Shown piece after piece: positions 36,996 to 44,942 of a stretch of DNA of 64,000 bases. Positions within the stretch are counted from its first letter, which is position 1. Every line of letters begins with the position of its first letter. The notes under the pieces are model-generated. The model was not told the origin of the DNA. It was given only the letters and a program-made list of their open reading frames with translations, and ran no database searches. The DNA is taken from the IMG/VR virus record IMGVR_UViG_2927124413_000004, positions 4,417-68,416 of that record; one strand, given 5' to 3'. Source of the stretch: a virus. The position numbers and the translations under genes are program-made.

Positions 36996-39900
36996 TTGGC
37001 CTTTCCGACGTAGGCCTTGAACCGCGCCATCGATTCCCGGTCTTTCAGGTTGAGCACGCCGGCCCAGCTCGAATTGAGCAACATCTCCTTGCCGCGCGGA
37101 TGATCGGCGACCTTCCAGATCGATTTCGGATCGCTGGAGTGGATCGCCTGCAGCAGCTCATCTTCCTCGCGCTCCGGCAGCTCCAGCTGTGGCTCTTCAT
37201 CCTCGTCACGCTCGATCTCGATGTCGGCCATGCCGTAGCGGATTGCCTCGCGCAGTTTCTCGTCGTCGTCTTTCTGGTCCCAGTATTCCTCCTGGTACTC
37301 GCTGATGCTGTCGGCCAGGTACTCCGGCGGGTCCATCCGATCGGCCTTGTCCTCGGCCTCTTTGTTGAAGGCGTCGATCAACTCCTTTTGGATCTCGTCG
37401 CGGGCGTCCGCGCTCAGCATCTCGCTCGGTGTCAGCGGCTCGATCCCTGGCAAGGTCTGCTGCGCCGGGTCGTAGCCGGCCGGCGTCATGCGATCGAGCT
37501 CGTCGTCCATGAACTCGATCGACGGATCCTTGGTGCCGTCCCAGCCGCGCTCGTAATCGATCTTGATGGCGCCCAGGATCTCATCGTCGCTGAACGGGAT
37601 GTCCGGTTCGCCCTCGGCAATGCGGTTCTCGCGCCACTCCGCCACCGCGTTCTTGGCCCAGTCGTCCGACGGCCCGACGAAACTGTCGGCAAGCTCGCCC
37701 TTGGCGTCATCGAGCGCTTGGCCGCTCTCGCGCCAGTTCTGCTCCTCGCTGGAGAGAAATTCGCTGTAGCTGTCGTTCATCCAGCGCCGCTTCACGGCGT
37801 CTTGCATGTCCTCACCGAGCATCGACCAATCATCGGCCTCGTAGGTGTCGGTGCCACGGGATGGCGCGCCTCTGCCACCCAGCTTGCGCTCGAGCTCGCC
37901 GCGCAGCTCCGCCCATGACGAGGCTGTCGGCACATAACCGTATTTCGCCCAGGCATAACCGCCGACATCGATGTTGGCGCTGACCTTGAGCTTCTCGAGG
38001 CCGAGCGCCTCGTAAACCTCGACATTGCCGCCGAGCACCTTCTTGCCGATGTTGTGCTTGGTGGTGTTTTTGTTCAGCTTGAAGAAAGCCGAATAGGCGG
38101 ACTTATCGTCCGGCGAGATCTGGCGGTCGTACTCGCCGACGCGGTTGCCGCTGTCATCCAGGATGCCGCCGCCGATGTAGAACGTCGAACCCGACAGGCC
38201 GATGTTCATGGTGGCGTGTTCGAGGCCGCCGAGGAAACTTTTCTTGAACTCCTCCGGCTCGATGCCGATTTTCGCATTCCACTTTTCGACGAACGCCGCT
38301 TCCTCGCTGCTGGTGGCGTTGATCTTGATCTTGGCCTTGTCGAAATCGTCTTTCCTGGCCGGCTTCTTGCTTTTCTTCGGCTTGGCCTCCGCCGCCGGCT
38401 TGTCGGCCGCTGACGTCGCCGAGGATCCACCGCCACCGCCGGAAGTGAATTGTCCACCGGTCGACGTGCCGGCGGGATCGCGTGGATGCTGACTTTCGTC
38501 CCAGCGCTGATGGAATCTATGCTTGAGCAGCTGGAAGCGCTGGGCGTTTAGCTTTTCTTGAGCACCAGCTCGCCGTTGATCTCCTCGAAGTGGCTCCAGT
38601 CCTGCAGCTCTTCCGGCAGCTCCATCTCGAGCTCCGCCGTCCACTCCGGCCGTGGGTTGCCCCAGGCCATGTCGATGTAGCTCTCGCGCGTCACCGGGAC
38701 GCCGGCCTTTTTCATCATCTCGATAACTTCGTCGCTCATGCTTCAATCCTGCCAGCTCGGCGATCGTGGCTTGCGTCTGCCCGAGCGTTACGTTTGCGTC
38801 GTCATGGTACGCGCGCCAGGCGTCCTCGACCGCAGCGGCTTGTTTCTTGCTCAGATTGCCGAATGCTTCCCGTTTAACCACCCAGACCGCTGATTGCAAT
38901 TGCCGCGGCTGGATCCCGAGCTCCTTTGCCGCTTCACGGTAAGCATCGGCATAGACCGGATACAGCCCGCTCGAGCCGGTCTTGATCGAACTGCCGGCGG
39001 CTTCCCAGCCTTCCGGCTTGTCGGCCTTATCGGGCGTCAGGCCGAAATTGTGCAGTACCGGCACCGTCTTGTTGGAGAGCGGCCGCAGCAGCGCGGCGCC
39101 GACGGCGTGGGTGTCGATGGTGACGTCGCCATTGGCGGAATGCGGATCCAGAATATTGTTGTAGAATGAGCGCACCTTATGCGCGGTGCCCATCGCGGCT
39201 GAGATCTGCGCGGTGTCGCCGTTGGCCTCGAGCGCCTTCACCGCATTGGTGATCGAAGCCAACGATTGCCAGACCACCTTGGCGTTGCTGCCGTCCTTGT
39301 TCTTGACGATCGGACCGAGCGCGCCGTTCGGCAGCACGGTGCGGTAGATGGTCGAATTGTGGGTCTCATCGTAGGTCCGGATCCACAGCGCCTTCTCCGC
39401 CGGGCTGGTCAGTTCGCCGAGCGTCTTGCCGCGCACCAGGTCGACCACCGCCTGGTTCTTGTCGGACCACAGCGTCTTGGATTTCTCCTCCATCTTATCG
39501 TCCCAGCGGTGACCCTGCTGCTGCTTGTAAGTCTTCAGCAGCATGTCAGCGATGTGGACGTTCTGATCCCAGTCCTTGGTCGGCGACAGCGCAGCGTAGA
39601 CGCCCGCGATTGAGGCGTCGTTGAAGCCGTAGAGCTCGGCGCGGTCATCGACCAGGGCGCGGGCGCCGTCGTACCAGATCTCGGTGTGGTGGTCCGCGAA
39701 GCCGTAGAGGAATTTCAAATTTTCCTTCAGGTGGTCGACCACCGCGCGAGTCGCATCGTCGGTCGAGCCCTTCAGCTCTTGCGGCCGGAAGTTCGGGTAG
39801 AAATCGGTGTTCTTGAACAGGTTGATGTCATGCTCGTAGCGCTTCGGGTCGAGCTTCATCGAGGCGACGTCGGGCTGCCCGTAGGCGAGCGGCTTGTCCT

Positions 39901-40222
39901 TCGCGGTCGGCTGCCTCGAGCCGATCGTATTCGGATGCTGGCCCTTATTGCCAGGAAGCGGCTTCACGCCGGCGGCCTTGGCCTGCTCGCTGGCGGCGGC
40001 GACATTGGCGTGGGTCTTGGCTTCGACCTTGGCGGTATCGATCGCAGTCCCGGTGCCTCCGCCGTCCGACCCACCGGTATCTACCCAGCGACCGTGCTCG
40101 TCCCTGGGCTGACTGGGATCGAACTTCAGGTAAAGCTCGCCCAACAGCGCCAGCCCGCGCGTATACTGCCGCTGCCACCGATCACGCCGCAGCTCCGCCT
40201 GCTGTCGCTCAATGATCGACAT
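36992..40222 (-). CDS. 1076-aa multidomain head-region protein: HhH-glycosylase-like domain plus GNAT-like domain
   Basis: KFDPSQPRDEHGRW and RWDESQHPRDPAG..GGQFT motifs; WY..A, AALSP..W..N, KVRSFYNN, VTIDTHA, QLQSAVW; IGKKVL...Y..LG...V.ANIDVGGYAWAKYGY. Confidence 0.7.
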   Translation of the reverse strand: MSIIERQQAELRRDRWQRQYTRGLALLGELYLKFDPSQPRDEHGRWVDTGGSDGGGTGTAIDTAKVEAKTHANVAAASEQAKAAGVKPLPGNKGQHPNTIGSRQPTAKDKPLAYGQPDVASMKLDPKRYEHDINLFKNTDFYPNFRPQELKGSTDDATRAVVDHLKENLKFLYGFADHHTEIWYDGARALVDDRAELYGFNDASIAGVYAALSPTKDWDQNVHIADMLLKTYKQQQGHRWDDKMEEKSKTLWSDKNQAVVDLVRGKTLGELTSPAEKALWIRTYDETHNSTIYRTVLPNGALGPIVKNKDGSNAKVVWQSLASITNAVKALEANGDTAQISAAMGTAHKVRSFYNNILDPHSANGDVTIDTHAVGAALLRPLSNKTVPVLHNFGLTPDKADKPEGWEAAGSSIKTGSSGLYPVYADAYREAAKELGIQPRQLQSAVWVVKREAFGNLSKKQAAAVEDAWRAYHDDANVTLGQTQATIAELAGLKHERRSYRDDEKGRRPGDARELHRHGLGQPTAGVDGGARDGAAGRAAGLEPLRGDQRRAGAQEKLNAQRFQLLKHRFHQRWDESQHPRDPAGTSTGGQFTSGGGGGSSATSAADKPAAEAKPKKSKKPARKDDFDKAKIKINATSSEEAAFVEKWNAKIGIEPEEFKKSFLGGLEHATMNIGLSGSTFYIGGGILDDSGNRVGEYDRQISPDDKSAYSAFFKLNKNTTKHNIGKKVLGGNVEVYEALGLEKLKVSANIDVGGYAWAKYGYVPTASSWAELRGELERKLGGRGAPSRGTDTYEADDWSMLGEDMQDAVKRRWMNDSYSEFLSSEEQNWRESGQALDDAKGELADSFVGPSDDWAKNAVAEWRENRIAEGEPDIPFSDDEILGAIKIDYERGWDGTKDPSIEFMDDELDRMTPAGYDPAQQTLPGIEPLTPSEMLSADARDEIQKELIDAFNKEAEDKADRMDPPEYLADSISEYQEEYWDQKDDDEKLREAIRYGMADIEIERDEDEEPQLELPEREEDELLQAIHSSDPKSIWKVADHPRGKEMLLNSSWAGVLNLKDRESMARFKAYVGKAK
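38548..38739 (-). CDS. 63-aa acidic protein overprinted inside the 1076-aa ORF
   Basis: AGGA RBS 7 nt upstream; protein-like sequence, whereas the overlapping frame reads as Arg/Gly-rich shadow sequence. Confidence 0.7.
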   Translation of the reverse strand: MSDEVIEMMKKAGVPVTRESYIDMAWGNPRPEWTAELEMELPEELQDWSHFEEINGELVLKKS

Positions 40223-40679
40223 CGCGCCGCTCCAGCCAATCCAGCCGTTCTAGTTTCTCGTCGATCTGCTGCAGCCGTTGCTCGATCGCTCCGAGTCGCC
40301 GGCCTATCTCGGCTTCGCCGGTCGCGCTGAAATGAAGTTCAATCCAGGCGCCATCGCCGTTGCAGCGATAGATGCCGATCGCAGGCTGATCCAGCACGCG
40401 GTCGCATAGAGCCAGCAGCTTCAGCCGCTCGGAATGCTTCAGCGTGATGCCGGCGTCGAGGAGGACGGTTTTGGTGACGGCGACGCCGTGGGCGCGTCCG
40501 CCTTCGTCGAAGCAGCCGGCTGGACCGTTGCCGAACGATTCGATGGTGCCTTCGCCCTTGATGCAGACGGTGTTGCTTTTGACGCCGCCATCTTCCGGCG
40601 AAAGATCGACGAGCCGCGCGCACGCCAAATCGACAATTGGCGGCTCACCGTGCTCGCAGCGCCATGGCAGAATCGGCAA
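40209..40679 (-). CDS. Hypothetical protein resembling a tail-fibre beta module
   Basis: SNTV.IKGEGTIESFG...ITLKHS..L.L...GDGAW pattern. Confidence 0.5.
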   Translation of the reverse strand: MPILPWRCEHGEPPIVDLACARLVDLSPEDGGVKSNTVCIKGEGTIESFGNGPAGCFDEGGRAHGVAVTKTVLLDAGITLKHSERLKLLALCDRVLDQPAIGIYRCNGDGAWIELHFSATGEAEIGRRLGAIEQRLQQIDEKLERLDWLERRDVDH

Positions 40680-40683
40680 GCCA

Positions 40684-41007
40684 TCACCTCACCTTGTTGG
40701 CGGGATGGCGCGGATCGATTGGCCACCCATCATCGTCGATGTCGTTGGAGTAGCCGTGCAGCTCGAGCCGCCGCTTCTGCCGATCGTGGCAATCGAAGCA
40801 GAGCGATTGCAGCTTGCCGAGCCGAAACTTATTCCAATCGCCGCGGTGCTCCTCGACATGATCGGCGACCCTGGCCGGCGTGACGATGCCGCGGTCCAGG
40901 CACATCTTGCACAGCGGCTCGTGCTTGAGCTGCAGCCGGCGCATCCGCTTCCAGACGCCAGTGTCGTAGAAATGCTGCCACTGGGTCCGGGTCGAGCTTT
41001 CATCCAT
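40684..41007 (-). CDS. HNH endonuclease (HK97 gp74-like terminase cofactor)
   Basis: W...R...L..EPLCKMC...VADH..H......LQSLC..CH. Confidence 0.9.
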   Translation of the reverse strand: MDESSTRTQWQHFYDTGVWKRMRRLQLKHEPLCKMCLDRGIVTPARVADHVEEHRGDWNKFRLGKLQSLCFDCHDRQKRRLELHGYSNDIDDDGWPIDPRHPANKVR

Positions 41008-41167
41008 GGTCGAGCGGTCGGGCGAGCCAAGCCGCCAGCGCCTGACAGCCGGCGGCCCATGCGTAGAGCGCGACCACCTGCCATTGCACCGCCGCCCGCA
41101 GCCAGACCGTCGCCAGATCGTCCGGCGGGTTCGATGGTTTGCTCGTGACCAGTCTGAGCTTGGGCAT
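41000..41167 (-). CDS. Small hypothetical protein
   Basis: GAGGAGG RBS; hydrophobic C-terminus. Confidence 0.5.
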   Translation of the reverse strand: MPKLRLVTSKPSNPPDDLATVWLRAAVQWQVVALYAWAAGCQALAAWLARPLDHG

Positions 41168-41181
41168 GTCACCCTCCTCGA

Positions 41182-41961
41182 TCATCGCAGATCAGGCCCG
41201 CGCGGGACCAGCAAGCGATGCTGGCGGCGGCGCCGGGTGCGAATCTCGTCGCCGTTGACGGTGACCAGCACCGGGACGTCCTCCGGCGCCATGATGTCGA
41301 TGGTCACGGCCTCGTCCGGCTCCGGCTCCGGCGGCTTCGGCGGCGCGACGCCGGCCGGGCTGATCCACTTCACCAGCTCTTCGTCGGTGCCATCGAATCT
41401 GTTCAAGTCGACGTTGGTGTCGTTGATGCCGTCGAGCTCGCCGCTTTCGCTGAACTGCCACAAGGTCCACTTGTCATAGGTGCCGCTCGGCCAGCTCGGA
41501 TCGCCGCTGGTGTATTGCGCAAGCCACAAATCGGTGTTGTCGCGCAGATAATCGTCACATTGATCGCCGAGCTGCTCTTTCAACAAATGACCGGAATAGA
41601 CCGTCACCTGCAGTCCGCGCGGATCGGCCTTCAGCGCTTCGATCGCCTTGTGCAGATCGTCGAGCGTGCAGCCGTCCTCCTCATAATCGATGACCATCCG
41701 TTCGCCGTTGACCGGATCGACCACTTCCAGGAAAAACTCCATCTGCGATTTGGCGTCGCCGGGTTTAATCCAGTGGTAGGTGCAACACGCAATGCCCGCG
41801 GCGTTGGCGTTGACGAAGTTGGTGGCGCGGTTCGGATCGATGTAGCTGGTGCCCTCGGTCGCCTTCATGATGGCCGCGACCACGCCTTGCGCGGCGACCT
41901 CCTCGAAATCCGGAAAACCTTGCCAGTGGCTGATGTCGATGCAGCTGCAATGCTCGCTCAT
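41182..41961 (-). CDS. Endolysin, glycoside hydrolase family 25 (muramidase)
   Basis: IDISHWQG, KATEG, YHW, DYEE, LWLAQY, WTLWQFS, VDLN. Confidence 0.93.
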   Translation of the reverse strand: MSEHCSCIDISHWQGFPDFEEVAAQGVVAAIMKATEGTSYIDPNRATNFVNANAAGIACCTYHWIKPGDAKSQMEFFLEVVDPVNGERMVIDYEEDGCTLDDLHKAIEALKADPRGLQVTVYSGHLLKEQLGDQCDDYLRDNTDLWLAQYTSGDPSWPSGTYDKWTLWQFSESGELDGINDTNVDLNRFDGTDEELVKWISPAGVAPPKPPEPEPDEAVTIDIMAPEDVPVLVTVNGDEIRTRRRRQHRLLVPRGPDLR

Positions 41962-41972
41962 GAGGTCGGCTC

Positions 41973-42203
41973 CTATCGCTGGTTCTTCGCCGCTTCGATC
42001 AACTCCCGAATTTTGTCACAGTCCTCAGTCGCCGTGATGTACTTGCCATCGGTGGTGTGGATCAGGCACTTGATGCCTTTTTGCAGGTATCCTTGATCAG
42101 GCGGCGCCTTGCGCACGCTGACCACTTCGTCCGGATTTACATGGATAGGGTGATTGTCCGGTCCATGGACCAGGACCAGCTGAAACAGGATTTCGGCGAT
42201 CAT
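41973..42203 (-). CDS. Small hypothetical protein, FlbD-like pattern
   Basis: L.....I.VNPD.V.SV....LIHTTDG..I...E....I. Confidence 0.55.
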   Translation of the reverse strand: MIAEILFQLVLVHGPDNHPIHVNPDEVVSVRKAPPDQGYLQKGIKCLIHTTDGKYITATEDCDKIRELIEAAKNQR

Positions 42204-42215
42204 CGCCTGTAGCTT

Positions 42216-42467
42216 TCAGGTTCGCATGAACACGTCGCACGCGGTGACGGCAAAATCGTCGGCGTCAAAGCCGAGACGCTCCTGGGCGATGCGGGCGGCG
42301 GCCTCGAGCAGTGCGGAGATCTCGACCGAGGCACGTTTGTCCGGGCTCAGCACCACTTCGATGCTGCGGAGCTCGCTGAGGATATGACGCAGCACGCTGT
42401 CGCAGGTGGTGGCGTAGCCTTCGGCCTCCATCAGCTCGCGCTGGCTCCAGTCATCGCGGTCGATCAT
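42216..42467 (-). CDS. Hypothetical protein
   Basis: Coupled to its neighbours by overlaps. Confidence 0.55.
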   Translation of the reverse strand: MIDRDDWSQRELMEAEGYATTCDSVLRHILSELRSIEVVLSPDKRASVEISALLEAAARIAQERLGFDADDFAVTACDVFMRT

Positions 42468-42667
42468 CGCCGATCGCCGCGCCAGGCCGGCTTCGACAAC
42501 AATGCAAGGTGCCACCCATGGCGGCGGCTGCAATACTCGCGCACCCAATCCAGCGTATGGCCCTTCATGAAGCGCAGGATCGGCGCCGTTTCGGTGACGC
42601 GACCGTCGACCAGGGTGATGCCGGCGGTGAAGCGGCGGTTGGTGATCTGGGCACGCACTTCTTCCAT
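42464..42667 (-). CDS. Small conserved phage hypothetical protein
   Basis: FTAGI...GRV...APILRFMKG..L..V..YC motif; overlaps the terL stop. Confidence 0.6.
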   Translation of the reverse strand: MEEVRAQITNRRFTAGITLVDGRVTETAPILRFMKGHTLDWVREYCSRRHGWHLALLSKPAWRGDRR

Positions 42668-44250
42668 CAGCCGATCAAACTCTCGATGTCCACCGGCACG
42701 TCGGCGAGCCGATCGCGCGATCGTAAGCCGAGCAGCATCGAGAGCGCAACGGCGCCGTCGATCCGAAACCGGGCCTTGTCCTTGTCGAGCTTGCGGTTGC
42801 CGGCGGGATCCATCGTCACCACCGCATTAGCGACGTTCCAGTTCAGGCACGGGTTGTTGGGATGGATCAGGTTGCGCTCCATCACCGCTTTTTCGAACGC
42901 ATCGATCGCCGGCCCCATCGAAACGTAGCCTTGGCCCCACGGCACCAGGCGCATGCCATCGTCATGGGCTTTGTCGCTGCCCTTGTCTTCCCAGGTCTGC
43001 AGCCCGATCCGATCGAGCTCGCGCTGCAGGTCGGCGATGCGGTAGCGATCGTAGGCGAAGCCGACGACGTTGTAGCGCATCACCAGGTCGCCGATCAGCA
43101 GCGCGATCGCTTCATGGTTGATGGTGCGGCCCGCCGAGGCCAACAAATGGCCCTGGTCGCGCCATTGCTCATAGCGGTAGGAGCCGGCGCCGAAGTCGCG
43201 CAAACTATGCTCGCCGAGATGATCTTCCGGCTTCCAGAAATACGGCTGGATCCGGACCGGCTCCTCGGCCGAGCCGGCGATCAGCGCGGTGAGGTCGGCG
43301 ACGCTGGAGAGATCGAGCGCCAGGTAGACGTCTTCGCCATCTTTCAGCGCCGCTTCCTCCGGCGTGCCGGCGCAGGCCATCCAGTCGGCGCGCGCGATCA
43401 AGGTTGCCGTTGGATTGATCCGTTGGTTCAGAAACAGGTTGCGAACCTTGGGTTCTTCCGCCGGCAGCCGTACCGCCTTGCGCACCGCGGCCACGAGATC
43501 CTCGCGGTTGCGGAAGACGCCGAGCGCCGGGTTGGCCTTCAGCCACTGCTTCTGGTCCTGGAGGTCGCAATCCTCGTCCGCGGCGTGGAGGTGGCAGACG
43601 ATCGAGGGGTCGACCTTCGACAGGCCGTCGTCGATCAGCTTCGACAGCACATGCTCGGGGTCGTTGCTCTGCGTCGAGATGACGATGAACAGCGGCTCCT
43701 CGCGCGCGCCAAACGCGGTGACCATCACGTCATAGAGGTCGCGGTTGCGGGCCTGGGCGAGCTCGTCATAGATCACGACGCTCGGCAGGTAGCCATGTTT
43801 GGTGCCGACTTCGCTCGACAGCGCGCGGTACACCGAACCGGTGCGCCGCGCGACCATGGTTTTGGTCGACGGAATGATATCGACCTTCGCCAGCAGCTCG
43901 GGCTCCATCTCGACGATCTGGCGCGCGAACTTGAACACGATGGCGGCCTGATCGCGGTCGTTGGCGCAGCTGTAGATCTCGCCGTTGACGATCGCCTCGG
44001 GGCCGACCAGATGCGCCAGCGCAATCGCGGCGATCAGTGCGGTCTTGCCGTTTTTCCTGGCCATCGAGAGAATGGCGCGACGCACCGCGCGGTTGAGGCC
44101 GAGGTGCGGGGTGTAGATGTCGCGGATGAACAACTTCTGGAACGGCAGCAGCTTGAACGGTTTGCCGGCGCCGATGCCGGACGGCACCGTCAGCTTTTCG
44201 ATGAACCGGATCACGCGCTCGGCGCGGTCCGGCTTTTGCGTGATGCTCAC
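42667..44250 (-). CDS. terL: Terminase large subunit (Terminase_1, cos-type)
   Basis: LLPFQ, MARKNGKT, CANDRDQA, VIYDE, ISTQ, ANPALG, LALDLS, RIDGAVA. Confidence 0.96.
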   Translation of the reverse strand: MSITQKPDRAERVIRFIEKLTVPSGIGAGKPFKLLPFQKLFIRDIYTPHLGLNRAVRRAILSMARKNGKTALIAAIALAHLVGPEAIVNGEIYSCANDRDQAAIVFKFARQIVEMEPELLAKVDIIPSTKTMVARRTGSVYRALSSEVGTKHGYLPSVVIYDELAQARNRDLYDVMVTAFGAREEPLFIVISTQSNDPEHVLSKLIDDGLSKVDPSIVCHLHAADEDCDLQDQKQWLKANPALGVFRNREDLVAAVRKAVRLPAEEPKVRNLFLNQRINPTATLIARADWMACAGTPEEAALKDGEDVYLALDLSSVADLTALIAGSAEEPVRIQPYFWKPEDHLGEHSLRDFGAGSYRYEQWRDQGHLLASAGRTINHEAIALLIGDLVMRYNVVGFAYDRYRIADLQRELDRIGLQTWEDKGSDKAHDDGMRLVPWGQGYVSMGPAIDAFEKAVMERNLIHPNNPCLNWNVANAVVTMDPAGNRKLDKDKARFRIDGAVALSMLLGLRSRDRLADVPVDIESLIG

Positions 44251-44756
44251 GAGGCCAGCAGGTCGTCGAACTTGCTTTCCGGCTGCTCACCGTCGGCGGC
44301 GATCCTGGAGCGGCTGGCCGGCGTGAAGCCGAATTCCTGGGCGTAGCGCAGCAGGTCGTGGGCGGCGTCGCGCGCGATCTTGATCAGCGCATTGGCAGCC
44401 ATGCCGCGCTCGGTCCTGGTGAGCAGACCGAAATGGTGCGGGTCATCGGCCTTGACCGCGGTCATCGCGTCCTGGGCTTCGCACCAGGTGCTGTAGGCGT
44501 CGCAGTACAGCATCAGCGGCGCCAGGTCGGCGACCGTCAGCAAACCGAGCCGGTGCAGCTCGGGCGCCAGGCGGAGCCACTCCTCGCGCGCTTCGTCCTT
44601 GAGCCGGACCGGCGGCGGCGGCACTCTGTCGAAACGCGAAGGCTTCACCTCGCCGTGCAGCCGGGCCTTCGATTGATGGCCGGGGTTGCCGCGCAGGATC
44701 TTGAGCGCAGCGGGGGTGGCGGGCCGTCCGGCGGGCATGGCGACAACTCCTTTCAT
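44247..44756 (-). CDS. terS: Terminase small subunit, P27 family
   Basis: GRPATPAALKILRGNPG, W..LAPEL..LGLL, FGFTPASRSRI. Confidence 0.93.
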   Translation of the reverse strand: MKGVVAMPAGRPATPAALKILRGNPGHQSKARLHGEVKPSRFDRVPPPPVRLKDEAREEWLRLAPELHRLGLLTVADLAPLMLYCDAYSTWCEAQDAMTAVKADDPHHFGLLTRTERGMAANALIKIARDAAHDLLRYAQEFGFTPASRSRIAADGEQPESKFDDLLAS

Positions 44757-44942
44757 CCTGGCGCGAAACGGGGCTAACCCCCTGGGATCCCTGTGGTGAC
44801 CGTCCCGCATGTATGAAGAGCCCACTAACGCGTTCGAACCTCGGCCGGTGTTGGTAGCGGCGACGTCGAACAGCGCATGGGCGCGGGGCACTGCTTGTGC
44901 CCTGGGTCGAAAACAACACCGAAAATGGAGCCGTTGCGCGCT

